Source: Meyerozyma guilliermondii
Lineage: Eukaryota
Direction of reading: 5' to 3'
Length of the DNA stretch: 64,000 nucleotides
Assembly: GCA_051546255.1 (NCBI GenBank)
Contig: CP128815.1
Location: 186,001 to 250,000 of the forward strand
This document shows positions 20,814 through 31,400 of this stretch, piece after piece. The number at the start of each line of letters is the position of its first letter. Position 1 is the first letter of the stretch. The notes below the pieces were generated by a model that was not told the origin of the DNA, ran no database searches, and saw only the letters and a list, made by a program, of their open reading frames with translations. The translations under genes were made by a program, and so were the position numbers.

Positions 20814-21797
20814 ATGACCCAATTATTCAAACAAAAGCACGTCGAGTATGTGCAAAACTTGAATTCGCAGATATCCCAGGACTCATACGAGTACTGGCTT
20901 CTGGAGCATTTAAGATTGAATGGCATCTATTGGGGTGTGGTAGCATTGGCCACGATGGATAACTTAAAGGCACTTCCAGAAAACGAAGTATTTGATTTTG
21001 TGCTTAGTTGTTGGGACAGCAGAAGTGGAGGATTCGGAGCATTTCCTCGCCATGATGGGCATATACTTTCGACACTTTCAGCTATACAAGTGCTTCTGAT
21101 ATATAATCGACTCGATGATCCAAAAGTGGTGGATAAGAAGCCTGCTATTGTCAAGTTTATAAAAGAATTGCAACTAGAAAATGGCAGTTTCCAAGGTGAT
21201 AGGTTTGGAGAAGTCGACACCCGATTCATTTACACTGCGATATCCGCTCTTTCAATCTTGGGTGAACTCACCGAGGAAATGTCCAGGCCTGCAGTCGATT
21301 TCATTTTACTATGCCAAAATTTCGATGGCGGATTTGGGATGGTACCTGGTGCCGAGAGTCATGCGGCGCAGGTGTTTACATGCTTGGCTACACTTGCAAT
21401 TACCGGGCAGTTGGACCGTATTAAGCCAGAAAAGACAGCAGCGTGGCTTAGTGATAGACAAGTAGAAGGGGGAGGGCTAAACGGGCGTCCTGAAAAGCTT
21501 CCCGATCTGTGCTATTCATGGTGGGTGATGTCGTCATTGAGCATATTAGGGAAGGCTCATTGGGTGGATTTTACCGGACTAATCAGTTTCATACTCAAGT
21601 GTCAAGACCCGAATGGAGGTATAAGTGACCGAGCCGACAATGAAACCGATGTATATCATACATGTTTTGCCCTCGCTGGTCTCAGCTTGATCGAAATGAG
21701 CCAAAAACTGAAAGAATTTGGACTCGTTCCAATTGATCCAGTTTATTGTATGCCAACTTCTGTCACAAGAAAGTTCACGAATTACACCCAACAATGA
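20814..21797 (+). CDS. BET2: Rab geranylgeranyltransferase beta subunit
   Basis: EHLRLNGIYWG, GEVDTRF, GAESHAAQ, GLNGRPEKLPDxCYSWW, DVYHT. Confidence 0.95.
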   Translation: MTQLFKQKHVEYVQNLNSQISQDSYEYWLLEHLRLNGIYWGVVALATMDNLKALPENEVFDFVLSCWDSRSGGFGAFPRHDGHILSTLSAIQVLLIYNRLDDPKVVDKKPAIVKFIKELQLENGSFQGDRFGEVDTRFIYTAISALSILGELTEEMSRPAVDFILLCQNFDGGFGMVPGAESHAAQVFTCLATLAITGQLDRIKPEKTAAWLSDRQVEGGGLNGRPEKLPDLCYSWWVMSSLSILGKAHWVDFTGLISFILKCQDPNGGISDRADNETDVYHTCFALAGLSLIEMSQKLKEFGLVPIDPVYCMPTSVTRKFTNYTQQ

Positions 21798-21982
21798 TCT
21801 CCAACATGATATAACACGTGTATGGTATGACAGAAACGTTGGGAACCACAACTGCAAATGGGATGTATCACGATTAAAGTTTAATTTAACCTTCCAGGTA
21901 ACCCTGTGCTGTCATGTGAAACAGTGGTCGACCTATGCATAAATTGAGGTAACTACATTGCATGATCATTAAACATTACATT

Positions 21983-22510
21983 CTAGTTAAGGAGATAATT
22001 AATTGAGTGGCGTTTGGCTGGTGAAGTATTAGGCGTGATTCCACTTACAATCCGTCTCCATCGAAATTGGCATGCATTGGCAGTTCTGTCTTTGAAATGA
22101 TTCAGAATCTCCCTCCACCCAAGTTTGTGCACATCTTTAAGTTCTAATAGAAGTTTGTCTTCTTGAGGTGTCCACGAAAGTGATTGCTTGGACTTTGACT
22201 TTCTTCGTATAGGGCGCTCATCGGTTTGATAGTATGTTGCAATGTACTGCGGCTGCAGGTGCTGGGGATAATAGTATGGAGTAGACGCCGCAGCCGCCGC
22301 ACTGGCGTGTTCAACATGTGATGGCTGCGGGAACATTGGTTGCATCGATGTATTAGCGCCATACACAAACAGCGATTGACGTGAGTGTGCATCGTATGAC
22401 AACGGAGCCGGTGGCTGAAATTGGTATGATTGAGGATGTGGTGGTAATGCTGGACCCATGTTGATTCCATAGGGCATTGATGGAGGAAATGGACGAATAG
22501 CTTGAGCCAT
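21983..22510 (-). CDS. Small Myb/SANT protein with Dot6/Tod6-like domain
   Basis: WTPQEDKLLLELKDVHKLGWREI(S)NHFKDRTANACQFRWRR. First ATG is at 22510; the frame stays open upstream. Confidence 0.85.
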   Translation of the reverse strand: MAQAIRPFPPSMPYGINMGPALPPHPQSYQFQPPAPLSYDAHSRQSLFVYGANTSMQPMFPQPSHVEHASAAAAASTPYYYPQHLQPQYIATYYQTDERPIRRKSKSKQSLSWTPQEDKLLLELKDVHKLGWREILNHFKDRTANACQFRWRRIVSGITPNTSPAKRHSINYLLN

Positions 22511-23574
22511 TGGCGAAGATCTTCTGCGTTTATGATTAGGAGACGGGTTGCTCACCGTCTCCGGAGTTTCCAACGAACGTTTACGCACAACGTACAACTG
22601 ATATATAAAAGACCCAACTCAATGGGTTGTTTGCATAGTACGTTTACGCACCTGAATTTTTTCTAGTAATAAAAATAAGACAAATTTGATATATGGCAAT
22701 AGTCAATGTTTATATAGCCATGTGAACCAGCCCATAACGGTTATCTGTTTATGTAGTTCATTCAATACGCTTCAAAACGAAATGAGCATCGGGCCATCGA
22801 CGGGCCCCTGCAGATGCATATTATGCACGGGACCACCTGAGACAGTGGCAGGTGCGTCTTCGCGCATGGAAGCTCATGCTCGTCTTACCCGATATGGCCA
22901 TTAACGTTTAATGCAGATAAATGCCGATTTACCTATCTACTTTACTAGTAGACGCAGTACCTTCTTGTCAGAAAACTAGCTTATAACCACTTAAATGCTG
23001 ACAATTTTAGAATCAATCGTACCCTTGTCTCTTTCAAAATGGGAACTGCCCCTGCGCCAATTGTCATTGTTCACCATGCACTTAACTAATTGGGAAGGTG
23101 ATCGTCTTGTATGCAGGTAAATATTAGGGCCTGGCCCGTCGCACTTGACTACTGTTGCAGAAGGTTTGATGCACAGTGGGCTCTAGTGCATCCACTGCAG
23201 CAAGGTGCATTACCCCTCCGAGTGTGCATCATGTAAGATCGAGTAAAGACGAAAACGATAAGCGAAGTTTGTTGCCAGTTTTAGAAGCAATATCGGTATC
23301 AGAATGGAATGTGCAATATTGTTATGCTATTTATCTACTGGATTCAGATGAGAATGCTGCAAGATGCATTCTCTATTCCGTGGATGCCGATGCCATCACT
23401 ATCGTGGCTAATCATCTATTTTTAATGTACGTTTGCTTTCTGTGCATGCCTGCCTCGTGCACACAATTATAACCTCGGTGCATACCGTAACTGGTGCCGA
23501 GACAACCAATTTTCCATGCTGGTAAAGCTAATTTTCATAGATGCTTAAAAAGCATGTGAACTATAATAATCTTT

Positions 23575-25707
23575 TTAGGCACCTGACGATCCAAACTTGG
23601 TGGCCCATTCTTCATACTGCAGTAAGCCTTCCGACAGAACACTAGGTCGTATGTATAGAAGACTCGATTCGAAATCACTTAGATTAATGGGTCGAATTTG
23701 GTCCGGTGGCGTTTGAAGTAACTTATCACCTAAAGCTCTAAGAGGCCCCATAGCGGCATCTTTAGCCAAAGCAGTAATATCTGATCCACTAAAACCCTCT
23801 ATCTGTGGCATGAGAATTTTGTAATCAGAATCCAGAAGGGTATGCTTCTGGAACCTTAATAATTTCTCAATTTGATTCTTGCGAGCTTCTGGTTCGGGAA
23901 GAGGTATGTATTGACGTCTCACGAATCGACGTCTGGCAGCCTCATCAATACTCCATGGAAGATTGGTGGCGCCTAAGATAAGCACCCTCGAGACATCATC
24001 GTGGTCGCGACCAGCAGCTGCTGAGGAAAGTTCAGACCATTGGATCAAAAACTCATTTTTAATGCGCCTGGTACTATCATTCTCGCCATCACTTCTGGAA
24101 CTAAGCAACGAATCAATCTCGTCGATAAATACGATGGAAGGAGCGAGTTTTCGTGCAACAAGAAAAAGAGCCTTCACCAACTTTTCTGATTCACCCAAGT
24201 ATTTCGAAGTAAGAGACGAAGAACTGATGGAGAAAAATGTAGATTTTGATTCTGTAGCCACCGCCCGTGCCAACATGGTTTTACCAGTACCTGGAGGCCC
24301 AAAGAGTAGCATTCCTCTCGTAGGTTCACGAAGACCCTTGAATAAATCTGGTCGAAGAAATGGGTAAACCACAGCTTCCTTGAGCGAGTTCTTAGCGCCT
24401 TCAAGTCCTACAATATCGTCCCAGTGTACTTCGTCGCCACGAACCACAATATCGTTGAGGATCTGAAGTCCTGCTATTTCGTCTATGCCTTTAATAGAGC
24501 TGATGATGGCCTTTTGTTGCTCAAATTCTTCGTCCTGACTAATAGGCTCTCCATCATATCCACCGAGAATATCATCCATTGTAGGAGATGTGGGGTCATC
24601 GAGTTTAGGAATTCGAGGAGGTTGAGGCTGGTCCGGTTTCATAGGTTGGGCTGCTGGCGGCGAAGTAGTCTTCTTGGTAACATAATTGTAAGTGATGTTC
24701 GACAGTTTTTGTTTCGGTTTAGTTTGAATTTTAGCAGGGGTATTATTTGCAGCTTTAAGCTGCCTTATAGGAGATTTAGATGCACGAGCCGCCTTGTTCG
24801 AAGGTTGCAGTTTTTGGTGTGCCAATTTCATCATGTTGTTAACGTTGATAGGCTGCGGTTTCTTATAGATGTATGTCTTGGAAACGTCGGGAGTACTTTT
24901 CGACGCAATCTCTTGCTTGGTGTTCCGACTACGGGGCGGTGGAGGCGGTGACAGTTTTCTTAGCAGAAGATCATTCATGGATGTGCTGATGTTCACGGGA
25001 TCCAAATGCGATGCAGATATGGGTTTCGAGTCGTCCAAGTCGATGAGGGGCAGGTCGTCCACTCTTTCCCAGTTGGGGTCGTCTGAGGTGATCGAGCTCT
25101 GGTCAAAGTCGGCGAACAAATCTTCTGTGGACTTTGCTGCCTTTTGTCCCGTGCCCTGTCCGGACAGGCGGCGAGACTGGGGCTTGGACCATGAAACCGT
25201 AGCGGCTTTGGAGGCAGCTTCACTGAGACCCCGCGATGGTACTTGTGGTCGCAACAGTTTTAAAAGCAGTCTTTGATGCCCTGAACCAGCTCCATTTGTC
25301 AACGACCGGGATTGCGGCGTATTTGTGTTGCGTAGAGATGGAATTGTCATGGACGAAGTTTGTGACGGTGGAGGTGCGACGGAGGACTTGGGCTTGGCAG
25401 CGGCTTTCCTGTTGATTTCGTCGACTCGAAGTTGCACTCGTATCAAATGCTTCACGTTCTCGTCACGAATAGCCTTGAGTTCTTCGAGGATCTGCAATTC
25501 CTCGTTGGTGAGTTTTGGTTTCTGTTTGTCGAATGAATCTATCTTGTAGAGGATCAGAGTGTGGAGCAGTTTCCAGCCCTTGAGAGCATCAGCCACTCGA
25601 TTAGAATCCTCATATGCCAAATTGCGGATGGTGATGTTGCAGCAGTCGTCGTAGGTTTGCTGAAGTTCTTCCAACGGCGAAAGTACAGGAGGCTTTCTTC
25701 GAAACAT
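23575..25707 (-). CDS. Spastin/fidgetin-like AAA ATPase (Yta6/Sap1 family)
   Basis: GMLLFGPPGTGKT, IFIDEID-like Walker B, ATNLPWSIDEAARRRF, Vps4_C-like tail. ATG at 25707. Confidence 0.92.
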   Translation of the reverse strand: MFRRKPPVLSPLEELQQTYDDCCNITIRNLAYEDSNRVADALKGWKLLHTLILYKIDSFDKQKPKLTNEELQILEELKAIRDENVKHLIRVQLRVDEINRKAAAKPKSSVAPPPSQTSSMTIPSLRNTNTPQSRSLTNGAGSGHQRLLLKLLRPQVPSRGLSEAASKAATVSWSKPQSRRLSGQGTGQKAAKSTEDLFADFDQSSITSDDPNWERVDDLPLIDLDDSKPISASHLDPVNISTSMNDLLLRKLSPPPPPRSRNTKQEIASKSTPDVSKTYIYKKPQPINVNNMMKLAHQKLQPSNKAARASKSPIRQLKAANNTPAKIQTKPKQKLSNITYNYVTKKTTSPPAAQPMKPDQPQPPRIPKLDDPTSPTMDDILGGYDGEPISQDEEFEQQKAIISSIKGIDEIAGLQILNDIVVRGDEVHWDDIVGLEGAKNSLKEAVVYPFLRPDLFKGLREPTRGMLLFGPPGTGKTMLARAVATESKSTFFSISSSSLTSKYLGESEKLVKALFLVARKLAPSIVFIDEIDSLLSSRSDGENDSTRRIKNEFLIQWSELSSAAAGRDHDDVSRVLILGATNLPWSIDEAARRRFVRRQYIPLPEPEARKNQIEKLLRFQKHTLLDSDYKILMPQIEGFSGSDITALAKDAAMGPLRALGDKLLQTPPDQIRPINLSDFESSLLYIRPSVLSEGLLQYEEWATKFGSSGA

Positions 25708-26367
25708 GATGTTGCTAAGCTGGCTGAATGCGCGAAGGAGAGCACACGATAGATGCAGGCGATAGTGCGATAGCGATGGAAGAGACAAAGAGGAAAACAG
25801 AAGAAAGGAAAAGGGAGGAAAGAGAAAGGATCAGGAAAGAAAAGACAGGTGGGGTAAGATATTAACTGCAGGTGTTCTCTCTTATGATATCTTTTCCTTT
25901 TAGGTTTTTGACACTTTTCTTTCCACTTTTAGCTTTTTCCATCTACTTCAGACTTCGCTAGTGTCCGGTTATTTCCATCAGTTTTTTCCAGCAGAACCTA
26001 CTTTCTACAGCTAATCTAATGTAGTGATATAACGGGACACAACACAGTAATACCTGTGTCATATTCTTTGTAACCACGTCTTTCTAACCAGAATATAATC
26101 AACCGACAACAACCACCACGATAAATTGTGACTACAGCACACACCCTCCACTTCCTAACTTAATAGGCAAGCTTCAAGTACCTGCTGGACGTAGCCACAA
26201 TATTACCGCAGTATGCTGCCAACCAAATTTCCTCTGGAGTCAACTTTCAATGAAGAATCTGCGCGAAGAGATGGCCTTTTATACCATGGCCAGGACCTGC
26301 ACCTAGGCCGCACCCAGGTCGCACCCGCCTAAATACAGGTGCGCTTTGAAGTGCCAACTGTCTTTCC

Positions 26368-27030
26368 ATGTCTGTTCTGGATATCGTGATAAATTTGTTG
26401 GCTGTGGCCATATGGATGATTCAGCTTGTTCTTCATTATGGGTTGATTCTATTTCAATATATGCTGACTAATTTCCCTCAGGTTACGTCGTTTTTGATGG
26501 GGTTAGTTTTGCTCTATTTGGCATACAGAATTGTCATTAGAATGATCCGTTTTTGGTACGGAATGGTGGTGGCCACCGTCAAAACTATCATGTTCTTGTC
26601 TCTTGTTGTATTGTGCTTAACAGTCTACTTGCGTGGTTGGAGGTTTGTGGAACATGATTTGCCATTCTTGAAGGACAGTGTAATGGAATTTGTGTCAGAT
26701 GGCGCCACCGCCAAACCAAAATACCTGAAAATGCTATTTCAAAAGTTACAAAGCGTGGCGTTTGGCCAAATGTTTGGGAACAATCATAAATCTCATAAAT
26801 TCACATCGGGAAAGTATACCAATGACTATGGTATCGATATCGATGAATCATACTTTGACTACATAGATGAAAACTTCAGAAACGGCGACTTTGACTACGG
26901 CAAGATCCGAGACTTTGTTACCGACAACATTGGTACCGTGGAGCATTACTTGCGCGATCAAGGTATTGACCTCGAACACATTGGCCATAATATAGCCGAA
27001 GGACTTGCCAACCAGTTTGGAAACCGCTAA
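26368..27030 (+). CDS. APQ12: Apq12-like nuclear envelope membrane protein
   Basis: Two TM helices linked by YRIVIRMIRFW and ending in VYLRG, the Apq12 family pattern. Confidence 0.7.
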   Translation: MSVLDIVINLLAVAIWMIQLVLHYGLILFQYMLTNFPQVTSFLMGLVLLYLAYRIVIRMIRFWYGMVVATVKTIMFLSLVVLCLTVYLRGWRFVEHDLPFLKDSVMEFVSDGATAKPKYLKMLFQKLQSVAFGQMFGNNHKSHKFTSGKYTNDYGIDIDESYFDYIDENFRNGDFDYGKIRDFVTDNIGTVEHYLRDQGIDLEHIGHNIAEGLANQFGNR

Positions 27031-28718
27031 TGGTTTTCATCCTTGTCGGTGGTAACAATCTCATCGATACACTGCAAACCACGATCCTTAATGAATAACG
27101 ATCCCACGAAACACACGCCAATTATAGGTATGATAGCATAAAAAAAGTTCTTGATGGCCGACATGTACATGTCTTTCACGATGCTAACTTCAGAGTCTGA
27201 CAACCCGGTGATGCTAATCTTGCTGTAAATATGGTCTTTCAAATAATGCAAGTATTCCACGGGAATTCTGGGGTGGTTCAATTCCTCATTGACTTCTTTC
27301 AAAAGACTGTTGGATACAATCAACGACCCTACAGCAATACCAACAGCACCTCCAAAGGACCGAAGCACATTTCTCGCCAGTATCACCACAGCACGGTCTG
27401 CCTTCCTCGCATGGGCCTGTATTGCAACCATTGAAGGTTGAAAGATGCAGCCGGCACCGATTCCAATGACAAGAAGGATACCCACTAAAGGACCCGCTGG
27501 GGTGCTCTTGGTCCAAATACAAAGCAAACCGTATCCTAGCGTCCATATACCAAATCCACAGCAAAGCACAATCTTGTAGTGTCCCATTATTGATATCAAA
27601 TTGCCAGCAACTGTCGACAGAACCGATTGAGTGAGCACCAATGGAAGAAGAAAAACTGCAGTTCTGAGAGAACTATCTTGCCGAATGATTTGGAAGTAGT
27701 AAGGAAGATAGTACTGAAAAGCATAGTATGCCATTCCGTATAAGAAATTGAAGAAAAGTAACAATGATAACAGAGCAGAGCCAAAGAGTCTGAGTGGAAT
27801 CATAGGCAATGGTGGTACCTTCCATTCTATAAGGATGAACAGTATCATGCACAATCCACCTATTATGAAAAGGACAATGACCAAAGAACTATTCCATGCA
27901 TATGTCGAGCCACCACCACTCACTGGGATCAACAATAAAGTCAAAGAAGCTGTACTGAACACAAGCCCCAAGTAATCTATCTTTTTGAATTTTTGAGACC
28001 TGGTCAATACGGTCGACGACTTTTTGCTCTTCACCACAAAACAGATTGCAGTTATAACGAGTAAGTTTGTTGGGGCAAGGAAATAGTAGAAATCTCGCCA
28101 TGAATGGTGTTCAGCAAATGCCGCCATAAGAAAAGGACCAACGGCATTTCCAATACCAATTTGAGCACCGAGAATACCCTGAAATCTTCCTCTTTGCTTC
28201 AAAGTCACGACGTCACTTAGTATGACCATCGTCATGGATTGAACTCCGCCTCCTCCAATTCCGCAAAAGGCACGGAAAATGTAAAACTGGGGTCCGGTTT
28301 GAGCAAATCCACAGCATAACTCTGCAATCGAAAGTATAACGAGGGAAGAAACTAGCACTGATTTTCGACCAAAGATATCAGAAAACCTCCCTAAAAGCAC
28401 CTGTGATACACAGTTGGCTAATAAAGATGCGGTACCTGCCCAATTGATGGTGTTCTGTGCATGCAAGTCTTTTCCTATTAATGGAAGTGCAACTGTTACG
28501 GCAGATTGATCGGTCATCATCATAAGAAGCCCTAAAGATAACACTGCGAGAACAGATATGAGTTGCCTTGTAGGTAAAATGTTCAAATGGGATGCTCCAA
28601 GCTTTTCAGCAAGTTCATGGTCGAGTTTGGATCCATGATTTGCATGTGGTTCATGAACCTCAAGCTTTTCGTTGGGTGTGTTTGCCCGAGAATTTGATTC
28701 TTCTGAGGCTGTCTTCAT
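27027..28718 (-). CDS. MFS DHA2 transporter, paralogue of 14919-16679
   Basis: GRFSDIFGRK; shares TINWAGTASLLANCV and DRGLQCIDE with the other copy. ATG at 28718. Confidence 0.92.
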   Translation of the reverse strand: MKTASEESNSRANTPNEKLEVHEPHANHGSKLDHELAEKLGASHLNILPTRQLISVLAVLSLGLLMMMTDQSAVTVALPLIGKDLHAQNTINWAGTASLLANCVSQVLLGRFSDIFGRKSVLVSSLVILSIAELCCGFAQTGPQFYIFRAFCGIGGGGVQSMTMVILSDVVTLKQRGRFQGILGAQIGIGNAVGPFLMAAFAEHHSWRDFYYFLAPTNLLVITAICFVVKSKKSSTVLTRSQKFKKIDYLGLVFSTASLTLLLIPVSGGGSTYAWNSSLVIVLFIIGGLCMILFILIEWKVPPLPMIPLRLFGSALLSLLLFFNFLYGMAYYAFQYYLPYYFQIIRQDSSLRTAVFLLPLVLTQSVLSTVAGNLISIMGHYKIVLCCGFGIWTLGYGLLCIWTKSTPAGPLVGILLVIGIGAGCIFQPSMVAIQAHARKADRAVVILARNVLRSFGGAVGIAVGSLIVSNSLLKEVNEELNHPRIPVEYLHYLKDHIYSKISITGLSDSEVSIVKDMYMSAIKNFFYAIIPIIGVCFVGSLFIKDRGLQCIDEIVTTDKDENH

Positions 28719-29383
28719 TGAATGTGAGTCATAAGCCACAGGCGGATGTAATCGAGCTTATAAACGTTTACGGCTCCGAAACGACTTTTACTCCGAAGCC
28801 ACGGAGATTCTGTGCGGCTGGATCGTGCCGTGCGGGCCGCTTTTTGACGTGGCACACGATGCAACAAGTGGGGTAGGCGCGGAGCCGAGATAGCAGAAGG
28901 TGTGAAGTGGGGCAGAACAGTAGACTGAGCAGTGATTGAGATGGCTGGTAGCTCAAGACTAACGGATTAATTGAATTTGCAGCCATAAAGGGAATTTGTG
29001 AGTACGTTTTCTGTAGGTGAAACACTTATCGCTGACTCATGACAGCTGCGTGGTTGGTTATTGTGAGAAATGCAAATGGAATACAGCCAGAAAAAAGCTA
29101 TTCTATAATACATCGAACACCAGAGTGTAAGTCAAATTGATACAAATGAAAAGATTTAAAAATTTGCCAAATTGCAAAAATCAAAATTAAAAATGTCTAA
29201 CCCTAAACTTTCGTCGTTCCTTCATGAACCCTCATCATCATGTCTCAGAATATTTCGCTGGTTTTTCATCCGCGCTCTTTCAAGCCCAGTTCTATTTTTG
29301 TGTTGGCTGTGGCAAAGCCGTCATTCGATCCTGCACAGAATACACGGGTCAAACGGTGATAGTTTCTGTGCTGTCGCTTCAAC

Positions 29384-30754
29384 ATGGTCAAAGACACAAC
29401 CTATTATGACATCCTAGGGGTGTCGCCTACCGCAACTGACGTAGAGCTTAAGAAAGCTTACCGGAAGCAAGCGATAAAGCTCCATCCCGACAAAAATGCC
29501 AATGATCCCAATGCGGCTGCCAAGTTTCAAGAACTTGGAGAAGCTTATGGTATTCTTCAGAATGCCGATCTTCGAGCCACCTACGACGAGGTTGGAATTG
29601 AGGGTCTTAAGAACAATCCAGAGGCTGGAGAGGCGGCGGATATTGATCCGTCGGAGTTTTTCGGCATGGTATTTGGAGGCGATAGTTTTAAAGATTGGAT
29701 TGGGGAATTGTCGATGTTGAACGAAATGGCAAAAACAGCCGAGGTTTTGGGAGACGAGGAAGACAAGGAAGGAGGAAAGCCTGAAAGTGTGCAAGGGGCA
29801 GATTCAAGTGCTTCAGCTACAGGAGCAGGCTCATCCACTGCTGCGTCTGGAACTGGAACTGATGTGGTACACCATAACGGCGAACAACTGGATGTTTCCC
29901 ACACATCTGACAGCCATATGCTTAGCAGTGAAGAAATTGAACGCAGAAAGAAGAAAAAGATTTCGAAACAACAACGAGAGGAGATATTACGTCTTCATGA
30001 TGAAGCGAAACAAGCGAAAAGGTTGCGGGTTGAAGAGCTTTCAAAGGTACTTATTGCTCGCATTGAAAAGTACAATTCTGCAAAGGCCAACCCTGATGGC
30101 TTGGCGTCGTTCACAGCAAAGCTTAACCAAGAACTTGAAGACTTGAAGATTGAAAGTTTCGGTCTCGAACTCCTTCACTTGATTGGAAAAATATACACCA
30201 ACCAAGCCAATGCGGCCATACGATCAAGCAAGACGTTCGGGGTCTCCAAAATCTACTCCAGTGTCAAGCAAAAGACCGACACGGTCAAGAATGGCTACTC
30301 CATTGTCAAGTCAGCATTGGATGCCCAGTCTTCTATGGAAGCAATGGTGAAAGAACAGGAAGAGATGGCTGAGAGAAGAGACCCTAATGTTGAATTGACC
30401 GACTCCGAAAAGTCGCAACAAGTAGAAATGGAGAAATTAATGATGGGTAAATTTTTAGCCACTGCGTGGGCTTCTACCAAATTCGAAGTTACCGGTGTTC
30501 TCAATAAGGTATGTGAAAAAGTGCTACAAGACAAGCTGCTTTCCAAAAAAGAACGTCTTTCTCGAGCGGATGCGCTTCTTTATCTTGGTAAGCACTTGTT
30601 GAAGGTGGAACGGTCAGCAGATGAAGCAGAGGAAGCCAGAATCTTTGAAGACATCATGGCTGAAGCATCGGCAAAAAAATCGAAAAAGAAAAAGACAAAG
30701 GTGCGGGAAGAGGACATTGCTGCTTACATGGAGAAGGTCGAGGTCAACGAGTGA
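29384..30754 (+). CDS. DJP1: J-domain/DnaJ-X co-chaperone (Djp1/Caj1 family)
   Basis: N-terminal J domain with HPD; LKIESFGLELLHLIGKIY X-domain. DJP1 versus CAJ1 is uncertain. Confidence 0.7.
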   Translation: MVKDTTYYDILGVSPTATDVELKKAYRKQAIKLHPDKNANDPNAAAKFQELGEAYGILQNADLRATYDEVGIEGLKNNPEAGEAADIDPSEFFGMVFGGDSFKDWIGELSMLNEMAKTAEVLGDEEDKEGGKPESVQGADSSASATGAGSSTAASGTGTDVVHHNGEQLDVSHTSDSHMLSSEEIERRKKKKISKQQREEILRLHDEAKQAKRLRVEELSKVLIARIEKYNSAKANPDGLASFTAKLNQELEDLKIESFGLELLHLIGKIYTNQANAAIRSSKTFGVSKIYSSVKQKTDTVKNGYSIVKSALDAQSSMEAMVKEQEEMAERRDPNVELTDSEKSQQVEMEKLMMGKFLATAWASTKFEVTGVLNKVCEKVLQDKLLSKKERLSRADALLYLGKHLLKVERSADEAEEARIFEDIMAEASAKKSKKKKTKVREEDIAAYMEKVEVNE

Positions 30755-30871
30755 TCTAGTTTTACGATCATTTAATTTTATTGGGTATAATATGTAGACA
30801 CTAATGAACGTACTGCACAGGCCTCGATTGCACATCGTGACAAATCAGTGCGGGCAAATTTACCATTCATT

Positions 30872-31138
30872 ATGACTACCTCCAAGGAAGTGTTGAGTTT
30901 GTACAAGCAGCTTCTAGGTAAGGCTGCCAAGTTTACCGACTACAACTATCGCACATACGCCCATAGAAGAATCGTGGATGCATTTAAGGCCAATAAGGAT
31001 TTATCTGATGAATCGATTATTAAAGCAAAATACAATTTCGGAATTGACAATTTGGGAATGCTCCAAAGACAAACCACAATCTCACAAATGTTCACTTTCG
31101 ACAAGTTGGTTGTAGAAAGACTTGAGAAGCATCATTGA
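30872..31138 (+). CDS. ISD11: LYR protein, Nfs1 partner
   Basis: VLSLYKQLL..F.DYNYRTYA.RRI.DAF...RQTTISQMFTFDKLVVE. Confidence 0.92.
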   Translation: MTTSKEVLSLYKQLLGKAAKFTDYNYRTYAHRRIVDAFKANKDLSDESIIKAKYNFGIDNLGMLQRQTTISQMFTFDKLVVERLEKHH

Positions 31139-31326
31139 AACTGATAAATAGTTTGACAGTTTTGTCTGTTGCCCCTGTACATTTTATGAATTAAAAGAAT
31201 TTACTCAACTCTGTAGAGAAAACTTATAAACTCACAAGAATGAAAAAAATACCACTGTATACCAGCAACAACACATCTACGGTACGTTTGGTCGCTTAAA
31301 TCAAAGCTTTCGCAATCAAAAAAATA

Positions 31327-31400
31327 CGACCTCGGAGAGGATTGAACTCTCGATCTTGCGATTAACAGTCGCACGCCTTAACCAGCTTGGCCACGAAGTC
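31327..31400 (-). tRNA. tRNA-Asn (GTT)
   Basis: Reverse complement GACTTCGTGGCCAAGCTGGTTAAGGCGTGCGACTGTTAATCGCAAGATCGAGAGTTCAATCCTCTCCGAGGTCG, with a T-run downstream. Confidence 0.95.
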
